This document shows, in pieces, positions 1 to 8,380 of a stretch of 64,000 nucleotides of DNA. Location of the stretch: NCBI GenBank assembly GCA_037305845.1, contig CP147778.1, positions 416,001 to 480,000 of the forward strand, read 5' to 3'. Both the position numbers and the translations under genes were made by a program. The DNA comes from Candidatus Freyarchaeum deiterrae. GTDB lineage: Archaea > Asgardarchaeota > Jordiarchaeia > Jordiarchaeales > Jordiarchaeaceae. The first letter of the stretch is position 1, and each line of letters opens with the position of its first letter. Below the pieces are notes generated by a model. That model did not search any database, was not told the DNA's origin, and saw only the letters and a program-made list of their open reading frames with translations.

Positions 1-356
1 TTAGTGAACTAGTTGTGGAGAAAGCCTTGCACAAACCTGTAGGCGAATACTCGAAACTCTACCCCCACGTAGCTGCTGGTAAACAACTGGAAACACGCGG
101 AATCACTTCCAGCGAGGGGCAGCTAATCCGGTACATCTACGTGAATCAAAGGAGCCCTAATCCTCTCACCAGGATCCAAGCTCTACCCTTATACGATGGT
201 CGAAGCTACGACCGAGAAAAGTACGGTCAACTCGTTCTTGAGGCGGCGGAGACTCTCCTAGGAGTTTTCGGTTTTCATCGGGAGAAAAACGAGTTAAAGC
301 CACTCCTCAAAGAGACCGCAGGCAGCAGTCAAGTCGATAAAAGAACTCTCTACTAA
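1..356 (+). CDS. Family B DNA polymerase, C-terminal (thumb) part; gene truncated by window start (PolB2-like)
   Basis: Frame open from the window edge: ELVVEKALHKPVGEY..PHVAAGKQL..G..IRYIY..NP..R..YDREKYGQLVLEAAETLLGVFG resembles the archaeal PolB C-terminus. Confidence 0.7.
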   Translation, partial: SELVVEKALHKPVGEYSKLYPHVAAGKQLETRGITSSEGQLIRYIYVNQRSPNPLTRIQALPLYDGRSYDREKYGQLVLEAAETLLGVFGFHREKNELKPLLKETAGSSQVDKRTLY

Positions 357-661
357 TAAATAATATCCTAAAATTTCAGTCGTATAAAATCACTGTCCAA
401 GGGCTGGGACCTAATAGAGGCGTTTCAACTGCAGTATTTTCTTTCCTACTAGTGAAATCTATAAAAGTTGATAATTCTAAACAGCCAAAATCCTTTTTTT
501 AAAAAACACAAAAAACTCAAATCAAGACAAACAAAAAAGAACAATTTCAAAAACAAAACATATGTTGCGCGTCTAGATGAAGTATGAAAAGGCTTTTCAC
601 GGTAAATAATAAAAAAAAAGATGGAAGGCTTGGTTTTGCATCTTTTTCAATAGTCTTGAGG

Positions 662-1787
662 TTACCTTCTCCTAACCAAAATCACTGCGATACTAACCAG
701 CACGACAGCAACCAAGATTCCGCCAAAAAGCATCAGGTTTGATGTTGATTGCCCTGAATTAGCGATGGATATGCCGTAGACCATTAGAAGCGAAAGTAGA
801 TTGCTTGGTTGAAGCAAGCTGAAATACGGGTCGATGCTTATATTGCCATCTGTAAAGTTCTGATGAGAGAAAGCAATGCTAATTGTCATCTCGTCTTCAT
901 TCAAGAGGTAGGTCGAATTGGCTTTGCAGGGTTGGTTGGTACTGTTGTACGCGCCGTTGAACCAGCTAAACTTAGCAACAGGACTTCCCATTGAATCGAC
1001 AAAGTCGGTCTCGGACAAATCTTCATTACCCATAAGCGAATGTGAAAGACCACTGGTACCATTTACAATATCGGAACCTTCTTCCGCCCATCTGTACATA
1101 TATTCAGAAGAACCCTGAACACGTGATTCAAGATTTATCACCAAAGCAAGATATCTAGAACTATTAAGATTACTTCCACTTTCTGTTTGCCACTTGTAGT
1201 TCGTAATATTTAATCCGAATTTTAACGTTACATTATCTGGAACTGTTACATTTGTATTATTGAATTGTATGGTTGTCGATTTAAAGAAGAGTGTGATACT
1301 GAATGTGATGTTGAAAGCACCAGTTTTCTCATACCCATTTAGGGAAATCCGAATGTAATCAAATGGAGGAATAAGGGGAGACCAAGCTATATGAAAATCA
1401 GTCCAGTTCCAAAAAAACGTCTGTGGTTAAGCTGTACGTTTTCAAAACGTTGTCGATGCCTTGGTCGAAACGCCCATTTGAATTGCTATCGTTGAATTCT
1501 GTTAAGTTTGCAAACTCTAATCCGAACCTGCTATTCGCTATGCCTTCATGGGTAAAATTCGCTGACATTAAATCGTTTGTAAGGTTAACCATCATCATGT
1601 TTGTGAAGAACGATTTGGTATTATTATCCCACCCGCTGGGCAGCGGTATACTTTGTCCTGATAGCTTATTGTTTACTGTTGGGATGCTTGTTGCTTTTAC
1701 TGGAGCTGTTAATGCTGGTAACGCCATAAGCAGTGTAAATATTATTACTGTTGCGAAGGCTACTCCTAGTATCATCTTCCTTCTCAT
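662..1787 (-). pseudogene. Secreted, C-terminally anchored glycoprotein (~374 aa) split by a +1 frameshift in a T7 run
   Basis: ORF 1398-1787 has a signal peptide; ORF 662-1144 ends in a TM helix plus RRR. Removing one base from the A7 run at 1411-1417 gives one stop-free frame (..TDVFWNWTDFHIAW..LKFGLNITNYKW..YLALVINLESR..). Many N-x-S/T sequons. Confidence 0.8.
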
Positions 1788-1982
1788 TTTTCCTTCCCCA
1801 ATTTTTTTGGATGAGCATTATATAGTAAAAAAGATTTATTTAAAAATTTTCATTAAACGGTTGGATGGTTTAAAAAATAGTTTCTTTAAATTCTCAAAAA
1901 TTAAGAAAAATTATAAGCTCTTTGGATTGTTCAAAGAGGTTGAAGAAGGCTATTTTAAACTTTTAATTGATTAAAAATAGAA

Positions 1983-2465
1983 TTAAGATGAGAATGCTTT
2001 GCTGATTTCTTTAAGCTGTTTTTCGTTTATCTGGTCTAGCTTGACGCTGATGGTTTTGACGACCTTCATGTCCTTCTCCTCCAGTTTCTTCTTGATGCGT
2101 TTCGGGAAGTTCTCTCTCCCCATTCCTGAGGAGACGAAGACAACAGCCTTCTTATCCTTAACTTTCTCCAGTTTCTCAATAAAGGTGTTCACTGGCGGAG
2201 CGTTTGTGAAACCCCAGATTGGGCATCCCACGATTAGCGCATCGTAGTCCTTCATGCTCTTGATTGGTTTAATTTCCGGTTTCCTCCTAAACATGGTGTC
2301 GAAATTTATGCGTGGGTTTAGGTGCATTAGCTTGTTGCTGTACTCTTTAATCATCTCTATTTTGAACAGGTCCACTTTCCCGGTCGATTTGAGGGTTTTT
2401 TGAATTTTCTCAGCTATTCTTTCGGTGTTACCCGATTTTGAATAGTAAGCCAGCAGAATATTCAT
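1983..2465 (-). CDS. Flavodoxin family protein
   Basis: YYSKSGNTERIAE FMN-binding loop; YDALIVGCPIWG. Confidence 0.85.
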   Translation of the reverse strand: MNILLAYYSKSGNTERIAEKIQKTLKSTGKVDLFKIEMIKEYSNKLMHLNPRINFDTMFRRKPEIKPIKSMKDYDALIVGCPIWGFTNAPPVNTFIEKLEKVKDKKAVVFVSSGMGRENFPKRIKKKLEEKDMKVVKTISVKLDQINEKQLKEISKAFSS

Positions 2466-2559
2466 TTTCGGTCAGCTATTAGCATCTTTTTTATCGGAGG
2501 AATATGAATAATTTTTTGATCTTTGAATTCTGTCCTATTTGTGTTTTGATTGTTTTGGT

Positions 2560-3360
2560 TTATTTTTCGAGGAATTCTATTACTTTTTGGGCGAAGTCTT
2601 CGGCTACTTGGGTGGTCATTCCGTGGCCCACGTCGTCGTACAGGATTAGTTTCGCTTTGGGGATGCGTTTGGCTATTATTTCGTCGTTCTGGTAGGGTAA
2701 GAGTACGTCCTCTTTGCCTGCCATTACTAGGGTTGGTCTGTTGATTTTTGGTAGTCTGTCGTATGTGTCGAACTCCATGCAGGCTTTTAGCTGCCTCATG
2801 TAGGCGTCTTCGGTTATGGGGGCGATGAGCAAGTGGTTTACCTCTCTCTCTATAACCTCTGGATTGTTTGTGACGTAGTCCTTGGGGAAAAGTATATTCA
2901 CTAGTCTTCTGGCCATCTGCTCGTCGGTTCGGTCTCCTCTTTCCATCAATACTGCAATGGTTTCTTGTGGTGTGGGGATCGAGTTGGTTCCTCCGGGGGT
3001 TGTGGAGCAGAGAACTAGTTTTTTGACTCGGTCAGGATAGTTCAGAACGAGCTCTTGAGCTATCATGCCTCCCATGGATACGCCGAGAATATGGGCTTCA
3101 TCTATCTCGAGTGAGTCCATAAGGCCTATCGTGTCATCTGCGAACATTTTTATCGAGTAGTCGCTCTTGGGAGCGTCGGTTCTTCCGGCTCCCCTATTAT
3201 CGAATATCAGGGTTTTGAAGTGTTTGGAAAACTGTTCAATAACTTCTTGTGCCCACCAATCTTTGTTGGCGGTTAATCCCATTATCATCACGAGAGGATA
3301 TCCTTTTCCGTGGATTTCGTAGTACATTTTAATATCGCCGATTCTTATCTTAGGCAACAC
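2560..3360 (-). CDS. Alpha/beta hydrolase (3-oxoadipate enol-lactonase-like)
   Basis: FDNRGAGRT, GVSMGG nucleophile elbow, Asp (GKED), His (VGHG); GAGGTG SD. Confidence 0.9.
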   Translation of the reverse strand: MLPKIRIGDIKMYYEIHGKGYPLVMIMGLTANKDWWAQEVIEQFSKHFKTLIFDNRGAGRTDAPKSDYSIKMFADDTIGLMDSLEIDEAHILGVSMGGMIAQELVLNYPDRVKKLVLCSTTPGGTNSIPTPQETIAVLMERGDRTDEQMARRLVNILFPKDYVTNNPEVIEREVNHLLIAPITEDAYMRQLKACMEFDTYDRLPKINRPTLVMAGKEDVLLPYQNDEIIAKRIPKAKLILYDDVGHGMTTQVAEDFAQKVIEFLEK

Positions 3361-3600
3361 GGCACACCTCCTCTTGTCTCAGATAATATACCTTAGCAGA
3401 GATTTAAAATTATTTGTATAAAATACCTACGAATCGTCTATTTATTTCACATCATTATTAGTTAATGATTTCTTACTCAAGAACACTAAACTGTTTCCAG
3501 TTTCAGATATTAAGATGTAGTTAGAGCCAAAAAGGGCAGAAAATAAATCTAAATTATCTCAGAGGGAAAAAATAAAAAGATGGGGGTTTTGATTAGTTTT

Positions 3601-4398
3601 TTAGCTTTTTAAGAATTTTATTACTTCTTTGGCGAAGTCTTCGGCGTTCTGTGAACACATGCCATGTCCGGAGTCTTCAAAGGTTACCAGTTTTGCTCCC
3701 GGTATTCTCTGCGCAAGCATTTTGGAGTTCTCCCAAGGATCTACAACATCCTTCTTTCCTGTAAGAACTATGGTGGGGGCCTTTATTTTTGGCAGTTTGT
3801 CGTAAGAGTCGAATTTAGACGTTGCAATCAACTGCCGCATATACGCGTCTAGAGGCATAGGGGCTATCATTACTCGCCTTAATTGCTCCTCAATGAATTC
3901 TGGGTTATTTTTTCTGTATTCCTCAGGGTAAAGTAGGTACACGAGTACCTTCATGAGTTCCTCGCTGGTCGCCTCCATAACACTCCGAACTTTTTGGACT
4001 GTTTCAGGCGGGAAAGGAACAGATTTCGGTCCACCGCATGTGGTGGAAACGAGAACCAGTTTATCGATTCTTTGAGGGTAACTTAGGGCCATCTCTTGGG
4101 CGATTCTGCCCCCCATAGAGACGCCCAGTATGTGGGCTTGCTTTATTCCCAGCGCATCCATTAATCCCAATGTGTCGTCTGCGAACATCTTAATCGAATA
4201 ATCAATGGCTGGTTTGTCGGTTCTTCCGGCTCCTCTGCTGTCGAATATCAGGGTTTTGAAATGTTTGGAAAACTGTTCAATAAGGTCTGGAGGCCACCAG
4301 TCTTTGTTTGCGCCTAGTCCCATTATCATTACCAGTGGTGGCCCCTTTCCATGGGTTTCGTAATAAGTGTTTATGTCACCCACTTTCTTTTTGGGCAA
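3601..4398 (-). CDS. Alpha/beta hydrolase, tandem paralog of 2560-3360
   Basis: FDSRGAGRT, GVSMGG, GKKD, SGHG; long shared blocks with the neighbouring copy. Confidence 0.9.
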   Translation of the reverse strand: MPKKKVGDINTYYETHGKGPPLVMIMGLGANKDWWPPDLIEQFSKHFKTLIFDSRGAGRTDKPAIDYSIKMFADDTLGLMDALGIKQAHILGVSMGGRIAQEMALSYPQRIDKLVLVSTTCGGPKSVPFPPETVQKVRSVMEATSEELMKVLVYLLYPEEYRKNNPEFIEEQLRRVMIAPMPLDAYMRQLIATSKFDSYDKLPKIKAPTIVLTGKKDVVDPWENSKMLAQRIPGAKLVTFEDSGHGMCSQNAEDFAKEVIKFLKS

Positions 4399-4988
4399 AT
4401 TGTCACACCTCGCATATAATTGCTCTACTTGAGTTGTGTTGGGTTTCTTTTTAAATTTTCACTTATCGTATATCTGTGGGGTTGGTGTGAAGGAAGAAGC
4501 CTATTGAAGAGGGTTGATTTGTCTGGAAAACGCGTTTAAACGCTGAAAAGGAATCGGTTAAGCATTGTAAAGGTGTCTTTAAATTCGGCGTTGCATGATT
4601 GTTTCCGAAAAATCAGATTTCAGATTTTCGCCTCTTTTCTGTTAGTGTTTTCTACGAGGAGATTTCCCTCTTATTAATCTGAAACCTGGATACAAGCTCA
4701 AGTAATCTCAAATAATAAGAGAAAAAAATATATGCTGAGAAATTGAAAATTTAGTAAATTCAATGTATGGGGTGAAAGAGAATTTAACTGATTGTGAGAT
4801 AACAATACCTTTCTCGTAAGGTCGTAGAGAAAACAGGGATTATGGTTGTTGTGAAGGATGCCCACTTGGCTTACCGCAATAAACCTCTGGGAGAATCAAA
4901 TCCTGTTAGAGTGCTACACCCTTGAAAAATTCATAAAAAAGAATAAAAGGCTTATAAGTTATAGAGTTTTGAAAGACGAAGAGGAGAA

Positions 4989-5783
4989 TTGTTAGCTTTG
5001 AACTTGAACGATTTGCTGTTAGTAGCATCTTCCGCCCTATCCCTAGCCTGTACGATTTACCTCGCCAGACACTATATTAGGACGAGGAATAAAATCACCC
5101 TGTTATTATTTGTATTCTTCGCCATGTTTTCATTAACCTGGCTTGGTTATCTACTAATTAGTAATGGGGTTTTTGAATTCGACATTGTCACGTACATATT
5201 ATACGTATCTTTGGTTGACTTCGGAGTCATACTTCTCATTGGATTAGCAATGATAAAATTAAGAGAACTATTTCTACTCCCAGCTTCCATACTTCTAATT
5301 GCGTATTTTCACGAATACGCTTTGAGCGCAAGCAGAGATCAGTTAATTAACAGCATTCAGTTTCTTTTATACATCAATTACGGGCAAGTCTTAGGGAATC
5401 CCTTGTATATAGTTATTGGTGACATAATGAACGGCCCTCCCCAAGTCCTCTATAGCGAAATCTTGGACCTGCTATTTAACCCTCTGTCAGTAATAATTCC
5501 GAGAATAGATTTAACTATAATTAGTATTTACCTTCTTGTAATCTCGGCTCCAACGATTGTTCTATTCTACTACCTCTCTTGGAAGAACAGAAGCGGTAGG
5601 TCTCTGGGATTCGCCATCGGTCTTACAGTGTTAAACCTTAACTTGTTTTTTGGTTTAAGCGAGGACATAATTGCCATTACAACCGTTGTAGCAACAGTTT
5701 TCTTCGCTCTAGGAATCTTCGGAATATTCGACCGGATTGCAAAAACAGGCTCCCAAGAAACTAAAAAGGTAGTTACAAAGTAA
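4989..5783 (+). CDS. Uncharacterised multi-pass (~7 TM) membrane protein
   Basis: Hydrophobic helices throughout; GAGGAG SD; close paralog immediately downstream. Confidence 0.8.
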   Translation: MLALNLNDLLLVASSALSLACTIYLARHYIRTRNKITLLLFVFFAMFSLTWLGYLLISNGVFEFDIVTYILYVSLVDFGVILLIGLAMIKLRELFLLPASILLIAYFHEYALSASRDQLINSIQFLLYINYGQVLGNPLYIVIGDIMNGPPQVLYSEILDLLFNPLSVIIPRIDLTIISIYLLVISAPTIVLFYYLSWKNRSGRSLGFAIGLTVLNLNLFFGLSEDIIAITTVVATVFFALGIFGIFDRIAKTGSQETKKVVTK

Positions 5784-5972
5784 CAACACGCTCCTCGAGA
5801 GGTAGTGGAGGAAAAGGGGATTATAGCTATTATGAATGATTCCCATTTGGCTAGGCTTTCCACAATAAACGTGGAGAATCAAATACCTACCAGTGTTCTA
5901 AAGCATCGAAAAATTCATAAAAGAAGACAAAAAACTTAGAAGTAGGAGTGCTCTAAAAGATAAGAGGTATGT

Positions 5973-6785
5973 GTGGTAGCCTTGAATGTGTATGATTTGC
6001 TGTTCCTAATGGCTTTCGCCCTGTCCCTAGCCTGTATGATTTACCTTGCTAGACACTATGTTAGAAATAGGAACTCAATTACCCTGCTTTTAACTGTGTT
6101 CTTCGCCATGTTTTCATTAACCTACATCGGTTACTTACTGATTACTACTGGGATTATCCAATTCGACCTTGTCACGTACCTATTATATGTATCCTTGGTT
6201 GACTTCGGAGTCATACTTCTCATTGGATTAGCAATGATTAAACTTAGGGAAGCCTACTTACTCCCAGCTTCCATAATTTTAATTGGGTATTTTCATGAAA
6301 GCATTCTGAGCTCGAGCAGAGATCTGTTAGTAAGAATCATTCAGTTTTTTTCATACTATAATTACGGACAGCTCATAGGAAACCCCTTGTACATGATTCT
6401 GAGTGACCAATTCTTCGGTCTATTTCCAATACAATATGCTGAAATTTTTGACATGCTCTTTAAACCCCTCTTTGAGCCTACTTCTTTTACCCCCGCAGAT
6501 ATAAATATAATTGGTATTTATCTTCTTATAATCTCGGCTCCGACGATTATCCTATTCTACTATCTCGCTTGGAAAAACAGAAGCGGTAGGTCTCTGGGAT
6601 TCGCACTCGGAATCACTGTGTTAAACTTTAACTTAATTACAGGCGTGGTCGTAGAGATAATGACCATAACAAGCCTTGTATCAATGGTTTTCATCGCTCT
6701 AGGAATATTCGGAATATTTGACCGGATTGCAAAAACAGGCTCTCGAGAAACCCAAGCGGTAGCTGCAAAAAATAAGAGTACCTAG
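5973..6785 (+). CDS. Uncharacterised multi-pass (~7 TM) membrane protein, tandem paralog
   Basis: Shares LYVSLVDFGVILLIGLAMIKLRE, WKNRSGRSLGFA and GIFGIFDRIAKTGS with 4989-5783. Confidence 0.8.
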   Translation: MVALNVYDLLFLMAFALSLACMIYLARHYVRNRNSITLLLTVFFAMFSLTYIGYLLITTGIIQFDLVTYLLYVSLVDFGVILLIGLAMIKLREAYLLPASIILIGYFHESILSSSRDLLVRIIQFFSYYNYGQLIGNPLYMILSDQFFGLFPIQYAEIFDMLFKPLFEPTSFTPADINIIGIYLLIISAPTIILFYYLAWKNRSGRSLGFALGITVLNFNLITGVVVEIMTITSLVSMVFIALGIFGIFDRIAKTGSRETQAVAAKNKST

Positions 6786-7065
6786 CAGTTATATCCCTAA
6801 TTTCACAAACTAAAAATGAAGCTCAATTCAGGTATAGAAGACATAATTTAGGGTTACAATCTCTTTGACCAGACTTTGCCGCAGTCCAACCTTAACCCTA
6901 GTTTCTAGTTTATTTCTTCGACTCTAAAGGTGGGTGTTTAATATTTTTTTGGATGAAGGACTCATCTTTTCAAAAAAAGTCGAGTTGAATAATGGATTCT
7001 TATAAGTATGTTCAGTGTTCATCGTGATTCTGTCTTTACCAAAAAGAGGATTAGAGTTATTGTTT

Positions 7066-8181
7066 TTATGTAGACTCTTTCAAGTAGTTCATTACTTCTC
7101 CTACACTTGTGTAGGAGCTTCTTACTTTGGTCGGGTCTCCGAAGTATGTTTCGTTCCATATTACCCAGTGGCTCATCCCTAATTTAATGAACTGTTCCAT
7201 TTTCTCAATAATGTCTTCGGGGGTTCCCCAGAGATAACTCTCTTGGAGTACATCTAGGGGAACTTTTTCAATCGCCTCTAGTACTTCCTTTTTTGTAAAT
7301 CTTGAGGGCACAAAGTCGGTTAGACCGTAGTACTTATCTCCTAATGGATGTTCATAGCCGCATTTTTCGAATATTTCCGCGGGTGCTGCGAGTGCGTGGG
7401 CTTTGAGTAGGGGTGCCTGCAGTATCCGTAAGCATTCGTCTTGATTAGGGTCGATGATTAAACCCGTATAAAGAGCTTTAGTGATGTTATCGTATTTTCT
7501 ACCTGCCTTTTTTGCAGCTTCTTTGATGATTTGTACTCGATTTCGGTAATCATCTACAGTGATGTTAAAGGGCAGCCAACCATCAGCGTAGGTTCCCACA
7601 AGCTGGGCCATTTTCGGCCTCGCACCACCGATCCATATCGGAGGTCTGCCTGTTAATGGTGGGAGTTCGAATACTGCGTCTTTTAGGTTGTAGTATTTTC
7701 CTTCAAAGTTTAGGAGTTCGTCTCTTTGCGAATTCCAGCAGAGGCGGATAACCTGTAAAGCCTCCTCCAGTCTGCTGACGATATGGTCGTATTTTAGACC
7801 GTAGGGTTCTATGTTTTCTCTTTCTCCCGCGCCTATTCCAAGAATGCATCTGCCCTTGGTGATATGCTCCAGAGTTGCAAAACTCTGAGCGAGCATTGCG
7901 GGAGGATGCCTAATCGGTTCGGTCACACTGGAACCCATAAGGAGAGTGCTTGTAGTTGAGGCGGCGAGAGCTATTGATAGTGTTGTTTCAAAGAAGGCGT
8001 GAGGACTTGAATTAGCGAAATCTCCAGCAATATCCGGAGTCCAAATGCTCTGAGGATACCATCCCATGAGATGGTCGGGGAACCAGATGGAATCATATCC
8101 TAATTCTTCAAGTCTCTTAGCCTGCCTTGGTATACGTTCTATAGGTGGAAAAGTAGGACCGACAGTACCTATTTTCAACAT
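7066..8181 (-). CDS. LLM-class flavin/F420-dependent oxidoreductase
   Basis: GYDSIWFPDH, RHPPAMLAQSFATL, GRCILGIGAGE, PPIWIGG, ADGW. Confidence 0.9.
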   Translation of the reverse strand: MLKIGTVGPTFPPIERIPRQAKRLEELGYDSIWFPDHLMGWYPQSIWTPDIAGDFANSSPHAFFETTLSIALAASTTSTLLMGSSVTEPIRHPPAMLAQSFATLEHITKGRCILGIGAGERENIEPYGLKYDHIVSRLEEALQVIRLCWNSQRDELLNFEGKYYNLKDAVFELPPLTGRPPIWIGGARPKMAQLVGTYADGWLPFNITVDDYRNRVQIIKEAAKKAGRKYDNITKALYTGLIIDPNQDECLRILQAPLLKAHALAAPAEIFEKCGYEHPLGDKYYGLTDFVPSRFTKKEVLEAIEKVPLDVLQESYLWGTPEDIIEKMEQFIKLGMSHWVIWNETYFGDPTKVRSSYTSVGEVMNYLKEST

Positions 8182-8380
8182 TTTGCTACCTCCAATTTAT
8201 CGTAATTAAATCATTCTTTGTCGAATACAGAAAAATCGGGTAGTAGTTAAACTTTTTGTTAGAAAGTTTTAAAACCTCAAACTTTCTTTTCTTTTTCCCA
8301 AAAGACAAGTGTGAGGAGTTTCTGGCACCAACTTTACTGAACTCTTTTAACTTGTGCTAGTATGAAAGGAGGGCTTCGGA

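Larger units (their letters stand above)
4800..6785 (+). repeat. Diverged tandem duplication of ~1 kb (4800-5780 and 5781-6785) including ~190 bp upstream of each gene
   Basis: Upstream segments align (TAACAA..CTCG..AGGT.GT.GAG.AAA..GGGATTAT..CCCA.TTGGCT..CAATAAAC..GGAGAATCAAAT..GAAAAATTCATAAA), as do the CDSs. Confidence 0.8.

Noticed and set aside
1423-1974. 183-aa plus-strand ORF and the many other overlapping ORFs in the track (e.g. 19865-20569, 24859-25431, 43300-43863)
   Set aside because: Antisense or alternate-frame shadows of well-supported genes, with no motifs
4820-4920. GTAGAG..GAGTGCTAC ends suggest a lysine riboswitch
   Set aside because: Core AGAGGxGC, GCCGAA and CTGTC elements absent, too short, and not kept in the second copy
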